DNA of 63,676 nt, filler included, from Phoronis australis (Eukaryota; Animalia; Phoronida), in NCBI GenBank assembly GCA_002633005.1. It is 5 parts of 5 records of this genome, joined end to end, with 100 filler letters (N's around TTAATTAATTAA, not from the genome) between each part and the next. Parts side by side here need not be neighbours in the genome. Positions count along the whole stretch, not along the records: positions 17,996 to 45,634 come from NMRA01001312.1; 4 more parts are not named here. One strand, 5' to 3'. The translations under genes were made by a program, and so were the position numbers. The notes beneath the pieces are model-generated. The model was not told where the DNA came from. It saw only the letters and a list, made by a program, of their open reading frames with translations, and searched no databases. Shown in pieces: positions 26,801 to 37,906 of this stretch; positions within the stretch are counted from its first letter, which is position 1, and every line of letters begins with the position of its first letter.

Positions 26801-28088
26801 CCACTTCTTGTCCAATGTAATTCAGGATTGGTGCAATGGGAATGAGCCAACAATTCCACCAGAATTACATATGTTGAAACAAATATTATTTTTGATGCCT
26901 CAAATGAATATATTTTAGAGAAAAATATTTCAGTGTGTGAAATTTATTATGAAAATTAACTAAAGTCTTTTCTGAAAAAAAACAACCTTTATGTTAAATA
27001 ATCTAAAATGCGATTAAAATTACACATTTAGTGCCTAAAAGTTAAAAATAATTTTTATAAACAATCAACTCATTAAGCCTGACTGTAGATTGTAAGAGGT
27101 TTTTGTGTAAATGCTTATCTGGTTACAAACAAAGTTTGCAGAATGCACATGCTGTAAGTTGGGGTTTTGAGAGTTGGCGGCCATTTTGTCAGTCATCTTG
27201 ATTTTTTTCTCTCTAACCAGTGATCAACTGTACAGGCCAGATATTTTCAATTGTCCAACTTACAAAAGCATAGAATTTTTGCCATTTTCAGGGCAAAGTA
27301 TAAAAAGAAATTTTGAAGCATGTACCAAATTGCCGTTTTGGCCACCATATTGGTTTTATTTTACGGAAAATTGGCATCTTTTGATTAGTATCCCCGTTAT
27401 GAAAAGTATATAATGAATGGCAAGCTTTATTGCTTTATTTCCAGCTGTTACATAGGAGTAACATGCCAGAAAGCAGTAAACACCGTTTTGTCGGCCATTT
27501 TTTCTGCCATCTTGAAAAACCGACTTCTGCCACACCAATTTGGGTAGACTTTTTTCTGGAACCAAGGGATGTTTGAAGATGCCTTTTATGCAAAAAACCT
27601 TCTGTTACAATTTTTTCAAGGTTGGGCCCTCAGTGCCCGGTTGCATGAAACAGTCCCAAATATGGACTCAACTAAGTTCCCTAAATCTACTGCGTATTTT
27701 TGGACTTGTGGAAACATCGATAGACCTTGTATCGTTTTAGTTTCATTACTAAGTCAACTCTTTACTTTGATACAAATCGAGAATGAACTCTACCTTAAAT
27801 TGTCAATATTGTCGAAAATAAGGAGGAATTTTTTCATGCAATACCCGCTATTTAAGGACTAAGTCCCTATTTATTTTCAATGAACTCTGGGATCAGGTTT
27901 TAATCATATTATTAGAAAATGTCATTAATCAAAGAAGAGCTCTTAATAAAGATGAAATGGTAGAAAAATATTACATCTGTCAGTCCATAAAGACAAAAAT
28001 ACCCAAAAAGACTTAGGGACCTAAGTTGAGTCCCTATTTGGGACCGTTTCATGCAACCGGACACTGGAGCCCTAGAATGACTAGACTA
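23900..28088 (-). mobile_element. Academ-like DNA transposon, internally deleted, with transposase remnants
   Basis: Termini TAGTCCAGTCATTCTA...TAGAATGACTAGACTA, imperfect ~150-bp TIRs (shared AACAGAAGG, GAAAAAAGTCTACC, TTCAAGATGGC) and 3-bp TSD TCA (23897-23899 / 28089-28091). Minus-strand remnants DTHPDVY..HHAITRSDRF*EGLSFDLVIEQTLMKTIKSTGGLT, FLQNRNP..NIATGVTA and DFTFRKKDKV (25080-25680). Confidence 0.8.
27631..28066. mobile_element. MITE (Harbinger-like TIR) inserted in the right TIR of the Academ element
   Basis: ~58-bp TIRs CAGTGCCCGGTTGCATGAAACAGTCCCAAATA... / ...TATTTGGGACCGTTTCATGCAACCGGACACTG; TSD unresolved. Confidence 0.8.
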
Positions 28089-28729
28089 TCAGTCTCTAAA
28101 AGTATAAACTTACAGAAAAAATACCAATAAAAATTCGTATACAAGGTGACCAAGCGGTTATTTTAGGCCTCGCTAGTTTTTATTTCGGTTAATGGCTCCC
28201 TTAGCGCCACCAAACAAAATCGGTCTCGTTGGGACATTCGCAGAGGAAATGGATTCTAAATAAATGTCGCACTAGGAGTCCTATGCATGAGGGATAGCTT
28301 ATACAGTTTCCTATAACGCTGTTACTAATTTTTGTAAGACGTTCCACTTCTGAATGACGAACATAACTGTTTTTCACGAAAAAATTAAAGTTGCATAGAA
28401 CGAAAATGAAACAATAAATGAGAGATCTATGAGAGTGTTTATGAGATTTTTTCTTTAAAATTTATATCAAACGCAATTTGGTCAAGTTTGCTATGAAGAA
28501 CCTTTCTTTTTTGCAAAGTTTTCCTTAAAAAGCAAGGTCACGCGACCTAATTAGTGGCAGATTACAAAAGAAAATAATTGCAGGAGGTCGGATAGAATTT
28601 GTAGCAGACGTGTGCAGGCCGCTCAAGTGGCCCCGCTGCACTGATCACCTGGAAACATTTTTATACTTTATTCATATAAAGTTAAAACTGATCTGAAAAA
28701 CTAGAAACCTGACTCAAGCGCCTAGCAGT

Positions 28730-28797
28730 GTGCACCAGTGAGACCAGAACCCACGACCTTGATTAAAGGAAGCGGACACTTGTCCGACTAGGCTGCA
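28730..28797 (-). other. tRNA-derived (SINE-head-like) sequence
   Basis: Minus strand GCAGCCTAGTCGG...AAGGTCGTGGGTTCTGGTCTCACTGGTGCAC has A-box-like and B-box-like motifs. Confidence 0.45.
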
Positions 28798-29292
28798 TCA
28801 TGTTCTCCAGTAGCAAATTGGTATACAGTCAAAAATCAGCTTATACTGTTGTTATTATAAGTTTCTGCTTTCAGATATACCTTTGTTGGGTTGAATTGAA
28901 TAGTTTTGTAGATATTTTGTTAAATGTACAGTAAGGACCCTCATAACATCAAGGTTCTACATTTTTTGTCATTATCCTGAAATCAAACGATTCGCCCGTT
29001 AGCGGATTTGTCATTTTGGAATGAGTTTTTTGAAGTTTGCGAGTGTATGCTATGTAGTGCTTAGTTATTTTTTCATTTGGGTAGTTAACCGTCATGATGA
29101 GGGAATAGACATTTACGTTTAAAAACTTGTCTTGATGGTTGACACCAATGGCGTGCCAGGACTACACTTGAAATTTGGCTGTGACAGTTCTTGTTTAGAA
29201 GAGTTATGAATAAGTCCTTAATGTTCGATAAATGGAAACGGCCAGAATTTATTAGAACACAGATCATTTACAAAACATTTCAGAATTCCAAA

Positions 29293-32200
29293 ATGGATGA
29301 CCAAGCTGTGAAGAACACTGCCAATGACGATGGCGGCTTGTCGTGTAAGTACCTAAAGATGACGAATGATTATAGGTGAACGTACTCAGATCTTCGATTA
29401 TTCAGGTATTTCCTGATTCAAGTCTTGCTGAAACAAAACCTCACGTATTCCAAGTTCCAAGTAAACATCGGCCTTAATATTCAATCTTCACAGAACATTG
29501 CTACTGATAAATGTAGCTTGAAAATGTGTAATCAGAGTTCGACACTTATTGTTCTGTTTTAGATTGAACTACCTCTTCTGGCATATCTAAACGTCAAAAA
29601 TCAATTGTGTGGACTGTATTTTTATGAGGCGTAAGCGCATTGGTTGTGTGTGTGTGTGTGCGTGTGTGTGTGTGTGTGTGCGNATAGGGTTTAACATTTT
29701 TAGCAGAATTTAAATGTAAGGTGAATCAATTTGTCAATGGTGTTCACATTATTTCAACATTTTGCCAAAACAGTTCCGGATGGCGAATCTGCGCAACTGG
29801 ACGAAGAAGAAGCCAAATTATCCTCAACACTAAGAAAATTGACGAAGGAAGACAGAAAAACTAAGACTGGCGGGGAGATACTTAAAAAAATGGGCGAAAT
29901 TCATATGAAACGCGGTTTATTGAAAAACTGTAATCGCCATTTTGTGACTGCATCAGCATTATTTAACGCGGCTTTGATGAGAATTGACGAAGTAAGAATG
30001 ATTAAAGAGATTGAAACATTGATAGGAGAAAACGAAAAAGCTTTCTGCGCCATGGTGTCAGCACCAGGTACAGACCTACCGATGTACTTCAAGTTTGAAA
30101 CCAAGGCAAAACTGGAGAAGACAAGGAGTGAAGTTTTCCCTAAAGCTGAAAAGGCATTAAACGATTTTGCCCACAAACTTAATTTGGAAGCGCCGGAAAG
30201 TGATCGAATACAATTAGAAAAGACATTTTTGGAAGAAACAGAGGCCATCTTTAAGGACATTTGTTCAAGCATACATCTGTTTGACCATTATCTCCTGTCG
30301 AAGTGCCAGGACATCTTGGGACTTCCTCCACAAGAATACACAGCCATAGCCATGGGTTCTTTAGCGAGAGGTGAGGTAACACCGTATTCAGATTTAGAAT
30401 GGGCTATTTTGGTAAAAGATGATACCCAAGATTTGGAGTACTTCAGAAATATGGCCCGACTTATGCACTTGTTTGTTTTGAACATTGGGGAAACAGATTT
30501 GAAGACCATGTGCATCAAGACACTTAATGACTGTGATTCGCGAGGAGAGAATTGGTTTGTAGACGATGTTGTTGCCCGGGGATTTGGCTTCGATAGTGCA
30601 GTTCCTTATGCTTGTAAGACACCACTGGGTCGACCCGACAGACCTGGTAAACCAGGCATTGAATTAATCAGAACGCCCAAAAACATGGCTAAGTTATGTG
30701 ATGTTGAGACAGCTCTTAAGGAGGGCTATAACTTTGATCGTGTTCTAACGACTGTAATCAAACTTGATGGCAGTGATTTACTTCTGAGAGAATTCAAGTT
30801 ATCAAGAGCGAGCAATCAAAGTACAAAAGTTGCACGTTTAAAATATTTATCAGAAATTCGAACTCTAGTCCGGGAATTTCTGCCTCAGCTCAGTTTTTAC
30901 TACGATTTAGAAGCGCGGCATGACATCAAAAAAGAAATGTATAGATTACCGACCTTGGTTATCAGCCTTTTGAGACCTTTGTTCGGTTTGGACAACAACA
31001 ACACGTGGGACATGCTGAATGAAATGAAATCCAAAGGAATATTGTCTGAGGAAGGGGCACACAACTTATTGGTAACAGTCTCCATAGTCAGCCTTTTGAG
31101 ACTGGTGATGTATTGTCGTAAATCCAAACAGGAGGAGTTCTTTGTGTTACTAGGAAGCCCAACGCAAACAAGTCAATCGTCCAAAGAAATGTCGGGATAC
31201 AACATAATATCAACTTTAGTAGTCAGATATTATTTTTCAATATACCCATTTGCTGATTATGTGAGAGATTGTCAGTTTGAAGATGCAATTGCAATGAAAA
31301 AAATAGATGGATATTTTTTCAACAAAAACGAATTGCTCGAAGGTTGCATTGAATTCTCTTGCCGCCGTTTAGAAAAAGCCAGAGAAAAATTTTTCGCACA
31401 CATTGAATCAGTCTCATCAAAGAATTTACGTTTCAATCAAAGTGACCCAGAAGACATAGTGCTTTGCTATAACGGCAGCGATAGTCTTTGTGATCACACA
31501 GACGCGTCGGTTAACGCTTGCCTGAAATTGATTGGTGACTCGTACTTGTTTGGCTCTCAGGCTAGCAGAGCTTTACATTACTATGATCGCGCATTGTGCA
31601 TAGCCGAGAAAAGTATGGGGATTTTCACTGAACGGAGTGGAGCATTAGAGCATGAGTCCTGCTTTCCCGAATCACTGCATACACCCGTAAATATATCTGT
31701 GGAAGTTTTGCTTGCACTCCGAGTCGATGCAGATGGCACGATAGATATATCCAAACACTTTCTGGCCAAGTGTGAGGACACACTTGAAACTACGGAAACA
31801 ATGCTCAACAGAATTGACGAATACGACTACCGGTGTGTTCTTTTACAGCACATTGGTGCAGCACATCGGCTTAAGGGGGATTTCAAGGTAGCCTTGGGAT
31901 ACTTTAAAAAGGCCCTACGAGAATGTAGAGAAATTAAGAGTGTCGGTCTTCTACTAAAAAATATTGCTGATATTTATCAGGTCATGGCTAACTACAAATT
32001 ATCGTTACAATACAGTCAACATTCGCATAACATTATGAACATAATACATTACAGTGTTGAACATCCCGACATCGCTTATGCTTTATATCATATAGGGGGC
32101 GTGTATGATGGTATGAATCAATACAATCTTGCCCTACAATATCATGAAGACTCCTTGAACATGATGAAGAGGATATATGGTGATGTGGACCATCCTGACA

Positions 32201-35200
32201 TCGCGCCTATTTTGAATAGTATTGGGAGAGTGTATAGGCGTACACGAAATTATGGACTGGCCTTACAATATCACCAAGAGTCTTTAAGTATGACGAAAAG
32301 ACTATTTGGTGATGCTGACCATCTCCTCATTGCGTACAATTTGATCGCCACTGGCGATGTGTATCAGGATACGCGAAATCACGAGTTTGCCTTGCATCCT
32401 TATCAAGACGCACTGAGTGTGTTAAAGAGGTTGTTTGGCGATGTTGACCATCTCTTAATCGCTGACACATTGACCAACATTGGGAATGCGTCTATACAAA
32501 TGGAAAGGTATGAAATGGCTTGGAAGAACTTTCAGGAATCACTGAGTATGAGAAAGAGACTTTTCGGTGACAAAGATCATGAAAAAATCGCCGTCGGATT
32601 GGTGTCGGTTGGTGTTTGGTATCATCAGATGGAGAACCACGAATTAGCCTTACAGTATTTGCAAGACAGTTTAAGCATGTTCAAAAGACTGTTTGGTGAC
32701 GTTGATCTTCACGACATTGCTCTAATTTTAGTGAACATTGGTCGTGTGCATGGTGCTATGAATAAGTGTGAGGTAGCTGTGCAATATTGTCAGGACTCAC
32801 TGAGTATGATGAAGAAGATACATAATGATGTTGGTCATCCTGACATTGGAGATATTTTGAGTCACATCGCACAAATCTACCGTAGCGTGGGTAAGCCAGA
32901 GTTGAGCTTAGAATATAGTAAAAGGTCCCTAAGAGTAATGAAGACATTTTATGGTGATGGTGACCATCCCGACATTGCTTTGATTTTAAATGGCATAGGA
33001 GATACGCACTGTAATATGAAAAGGTTCGAGTTAGCAGCACAGTACTTTCAAGAAGCACTGAGTATGAGTAGAAGGATTCATGGTGATGTTGATCATCCCG
33101 ATATTGCGCAGAGCTTACATTCCATAGGGGTTGTACATGTCGATATGAAGATGACTGCGTTGGCTGTGCAACACTTACAAGAATCACTGAGCATGAAAAG
33201 AAGAATTTACCGTAATATTGACCATCCAGACGTTGTCATAATTTTGCGTGACATTGGGTTCGCGTATAATAAGTCTGGTCAATACAAATCAGCTTTAGAT
33301 CATGTTCAAGACTCGCTGAATATGATGAGGAGAATGTATGGTGATGTCGACCATCGTGATATTGCGTTAAGTTTGTGCAGGCTTGGCGATATGTATCTTC
33401 ATGTGAACAAGCGCGAGCTTGCCTTACAGAGTTGTAGAGAAGCACTGGCCATGTGGAAGAGAATACATGGTGATACTGACCATCCTGACATTGCTATAGG
33501 GTTACACTGTGTGGGGTCTCTAAATCGCAACATCAGTCAATACCAGTTATCTTTCCAATACCTTCATGACTCCCTGAGTATGATGAAGAGAATATACGGT
33601 AATGGTGATCATTCTGATATTGTGGAAAGTTTCACAGAAATTGGGCATTTGCATCGTGATATGAAAAAATATGAGTTAGCCTTACAATATTACCAAGATT
33701 CACGAAGTATGATGAAAAGAATCTATGGTGATGTTGATCACACTGAAATTGCTTCAAATTTAGGCTGCATGGGGGACGTGTATAGCGACACGTATAAGCA
33801 CAAGTTAGCCTTGCAATATTTTCAAGACTCATTGAGTATGATGAAAAGGATACATGATAGTGGTGACCACTCTGACATTGCACGGACGTTAGAAGGCATT
33901 GGGTATGTTTATTGCAAGATGGATAAGCACAAGTTAGCCTTGCAATGTCTCCAAGACTCTCAAAGTATGAAGAAAAGAATATATGGTGATGTTGATCATC
34001 CCGAAATTGCTTCAAACTTGAGGTATATCGGGAGCGTGTATAGTGACATGAAAAAGCACAAGTTAGCCTTACAATACTTTCAAAACTCATTGAGTATGGT
34101 GAAGAACATATCTGATAGTGGTGACCACTCCGACATTGCACTGAGGTTACAAGACATTGGGAATGTGTATTGCAAGATGAGTGAGCACAAGTTAGCCTTG
34201 CAATGTCTCCAAGACTCTCACAGTATGATGAAAAGAATATATGGTGATATTGATCATCTTGAAATTGCTTCAAATTTACGCTGTATTGGTATCGTGTTTA
34301 GGGACATGAATAAGCACAAGTTTGCTATACAACACTTTCAAGACTCATTGAATATGGTGAAGAGGATATGTGATAATGGTGGCCACTCTGACATTGCATT
34401 GGGTTTAAGGCTCATTGGGAGTGTATATTACGAGATGGATAAGCTCGAATCAGCTTTGCAATATTTTCAGGATTCTCAAAGTATGTGGAAAATGATTTAT
34501 GGTGATGTTGATCATCCTAAAATTGCTTCGAATTTAGGTTGTATTGCGGGCGTGTATAGCAACATGAATAAGCACGAGTCAGCCTTACAATACGCTCAAG
34601 ACTCATTGAATATGAAGAAGAGGATATATGATAACGGTGACCACTCTGACGTTGCACTGAGTTTAGGGATTTGTGGTAGTGTGTATCGTCAAATGCAAAA
34701 TTACGAGTTAGCCTTGCAATATTACCAAGATTCACGAAGTATGATGAAAAGAATGTATGGTGATGTTGATCATCCTAAAATTGCTTCAAATTTGGTCTGT
34801 ATAGGGCGGGTGTATAAAGACATGGACGAGAGCGAGTTAGCCTTACAATACGCTCTAAAATCTAGCAGTATGATGAAAAGGATATATGATGATTGTGACC
34901 ACTCTGACATTGCACTGAGTTTAGGGCTCATTGGGAGTGTGTATTGCAAGATGGATGAGCACAAGTTAGCCTTGAAATATCTCCAAGACTCTCAAAATAT
35001 GATGAAAAGGGTGTATGGTGATGTTGATCATTCTCACGTTGCTGAAATGTTTCGCCAAATTGGATTTGTGTATACAAAATTGGGTAAGCTAGACTCAGCA
35101 TTGGAATGCTGCCAGAAATCGTTAGATATGACGATTAGATTGGAAAACGGGCTTGATCATCCTGATACTGCCACTCTCTTGAAGGAAATTGGGTCCCTCT

Positions 35201-35421
35201 GTTTCGCTATGGGTAAATTAGACATGGCAATGCGCAGTTACTTGGAGGCCTTTGTAATGAGAGAACGACTTGGTTGTAACAACGACAGCTGGGACAATGC
35301 AGTCATGTTGAGTGAAATGAGTGAGGTGTACAAACAGAGAGGTAAATATAAAATGAGTGAAAAATATCTGGAAGATTCAAAGAAAATGTTCAAAAGGTTG
35401 TCTGTCTCTTTGACTGAATAG
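29293..35421 (+). CDS. Nucleotidyltransferase (Pol-beta superfamily, GlnD/GlnE/DUF294-like) fused to a long 43-aa TPR array; exons 29293-29344 and 29774-35421, ~1900 aa
   Basis: 1896-aa open frame 29731-35421. It carries AMGSLARGEVTPYSDLEWAILV (hGS-x10-DhE NTase motif, ~30349-30414), a helical region DIKKEMYR...TWDMLNEMKSKGILSEEGAHNL...LLRL resembling DUF294_C, and tandem HPDIA..L..IG.VY...ALQY.QDSL.M.KRIYGDVD repeats. The ORF-track TTG start is unlikely. ATG 29293 (MDDQAVKNTANDDGGLS+T) is followed by donor GTAAGT at 29345, and acceptor AACAG at 29769-29773 restores the frame (phase 1: T|TT CCG GAT). Confidence 0.9.
32062..35286 (+). repeat. Coding tandem repeat: 25 x 129 bp (43-aa TPR units), followed by a degenerate 26th capping unit
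   Basis: CATCCCGAC (HPD) at 32062 and CATCCTGAT at 35158 lie exactly 24 x 129 bp apart, and every unit is 43 aa in the translation. Confidence 0.95.
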
Positions 35422-35612
35422 AGCCATTAATTGGTAACATGTACAATTTAACAGACTGTGTAAAAACCTTAATGGAGTGTTGAATTTTATGTATTGTGTT
35501 CGACGAGATCTACTGCAAAGCTGCACATGCAAATTTTAGGAATTTGATGCCTTCCATGGGCTCCAAAAATCCCCAGTGAAGTTGTTTTGTGTAAATGTGA
35601 TGAAATTACTAT

Positions 35613-35618
35613 AATAAA
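35613..35618 (+). promoter_or_regulatory. Candidate polyadenylation signal of the NTase-TPR gene
   Basis: AATAAA ~190 nt after the TAG stop at 35421. Confidence 0.4.
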
Positions 35619-37045
35619 CAAACTGAACGTTTCTCTCTCACTTTGAAGTACACAATTGTCATGTTTTATCAGTATTGTAAATCTGGTGTCAGGTTTTGAA
35701 TACTATTATAATCCATTTCAAACTATTACAAACTATCTGTCACTGGAAAATATTGAATGATTATGTCACTAAGGAGTCAATGTAAAAAATTAACCAACTT
35801 ACGCCGTGCTTGAATAATAAAATGACAACTTCAATTATAATCCACTCCATTTTCTGATGTTCAAGTTAATAGTTAGCATAAGCAGCATTTTAACGTATTT
35901 AAAAGTACGTCATAGTTGGCAGTTTAGACATCACGTTGTATTTCACGAGGGTTTCGACAAATACTTCAATTTATCGTTGAATACCGTTACTTTCTCTCCC
36001 TAATTGCTTGTACTGAAATCAATCCCTGGTTCAACTTAAGAATCGTCTAATTGCCATTTCACACACGTCACTACTCCCCGGTGGTCTTATTCTTCGATAG
36101 CCATCCCACGCCAGTAGCCCCTCTCCCTCCCTTACCCGGGGGAGGTCACCTCGAGACATAAACATCCGCTTATCGAACATTGTTGAAAGATGCCCCCTGT
36201 TGAGCGGGAACCGATAAATAATGACGGGACATGTTTTCACGGACATGGGGTCATATTTTCATGGGTTGATGAAATCTATTCACATTAAATTTAGACCCTG
36301 TGAAAATACCAATAAACAACGTTGTACATGTATGTGCAAAATCTTTTTGAAAGCGAAAGTAACGACACGTTCCTTCGCAGCGCTTTCATTTGGTGAACCA
36401 AGGCATATTGATGATGCAGAGAACTGACACTTATCAGGCATGTCAATTCACGTGACATTCCAGGAACTTGAGCAGGGAGCGTCATCTATGGAGAAAAGTA
36501 ATTACGCCACATTTAATTCTGATATATTCCTCACTTAGTGTCTGAAACAAGTTTACAGAGAACCTCCCATTTTTGTGACTATTTGGTTGACTACTGCATC
36601 AAACAGAACCTTTTACTTCGGTAGGGACGGGAACACACAGTCAACATTTACTAGGCTTATATTTCATTGCACATTCCAAGTCGTCCACAGAAAAGTGTGG
36701 AAAACAAACAAAATTCGTGAATACCCCAGACCTAATGCAAGACGAGAGTTGAGAAACCAAACAGCTTGTACTGTCCTAATATTAGTAATACAATTACTCG
36801 TGTGCTTTGAGGATCTCAATTAAATTCCTTTCTGCGCAAATACTAGAATTCATAATTTCGCACAGATTGAACTTAATATAAAATACAAAAAGGTGAATAC
36901 ATAATCGCTGTTTATCGCAGTCTTGCATCGAAATACGTCATATAAAAACTATGTATTTATTAACGGGCACATTCCCTACACAGAACGTTTGAGCAAATTT
37001 GCCAATCACTATAGTTACAATTGAAATACAGAGTGATAAATGCAG

Positions 37046-37906
37046 CTATTGAGATTTGAGAAGAGAATATTTCCGTCTGTCTAGTGTTATAAGTGTGTCG
37101 GGCTGGTTACCAAGCTTGTTGCGCAGGTGTTCAGACTTTCCTTTGAAACACTCGCGGTAAACCTTAAATCCCAAAAAGACTAGTTGAATGACGAGGATAA
37201 TGGTGGCGAGAACGAGAAGCCCCACCGACAGTCCTTCTAATCGAGTGCAGATGTTGACGATAAGTTGAATAAGTCGCGTCGTGTGCAGAACGTGGTGGAC
37301 GAAAACGTGACGGAAGTACTCCCTGAATATAACTTGTTCCAAAAACACCACGACGGGTATGGTTAGGTAATAGAAAAACACGTGACCGTAGAGACCCATG
37401 AAATCGTCGGGGAAGAGATATTTCCAGCGCTGATCCATGACGATCGTGATGCTGCAGAGAAGAATGTGATGATCCCAACCAGCGTACACTGAAAGCCCGT
37501 TGGTGACAAGCCACTTGATCAAACAGAGATCCCATTCGTGAAGTTCCCTCCGCAGCAGGGCATGATTGTCGTGCAGTCTCTTAAGGACAGATACGAGACA
37601 TACAACAGCGCAGATGACGCGAGTGAGAGACAGAAACATGGACCATTCAAAATCACGCGAGTGGACCAGTAATCTCCACCAGGTGCCGCTGATGATGAAG
37701 CTTGAGCCGTACATAAAATAAAAGTTCTCGCTGAACAACTCCGGATAACAGTAGACATAGTTCATCGTTCCGTTCACTCGGAATATACTGCTAGCTATAT
37801 AGACGATCACTGCAAACTGCCATGCCATGACCAAAACGCCAACCAGTTGTTCAAAGTGAAATGTTCCATATTTCAAAGGAACTGTAAAAGGGTCGATGAG
37901 AGCCAT
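37046..37906 (-). CDS. Multi-pass membrane protein, 286 aa; divergent member of the uncharacterised TspO/tryptophan-rich-sensory-like family of invertebrates and fish
   Basis: Uninterrupted ORF with several hydrophobic segments. AWQFAVIVY, YPELFSENFY, DLCLIKWLVTNGLSVYAGW and FLEQVIFREYFRH recall that family's consensus (AWQ..W..Y / DLW.IR.LVQNG...YATW / LEN...D.Y.RY). The 5' end may belong to an upstream exon. Confidence 0.65.
   Translation of the reverse strand: MALIDPFTVPLKYGTFHFEQLVGVLVMAWQFAVIVYIASSIFRVNGTMNYVYCYPELFSENFYFMYGSSFIISGTWWRLLVHSRDFEWSMFLSLTRVICAVVCLVSVLKRLHDNHALLRRELHEWDLCLIKWLVTNGLSVYAGWDHHILLCSITIVMDQRWKYLFPDDFMGLYGHVFFYYLTIPVVVFLEQVIFREYFRHVFVHHVLHTTRLIQLIVNICTRLEGLSVGLLVLATIILVIQLVFLGFKVYRECFKGKSEHLRNKLGNQPDTLITLDRRKYSLLKSQ

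Noticed and set aside
29731-29773. TTG start of the 1896-aa ORF
   Set aside because: Lies in an intron 3' end; an in-phase upstream ATG exon explains the start better.
29901-34964. Antisense ORFs over the NTase-TPR gene
   Set aside because: Shadows of the repetitive sense-strand coding sequence.
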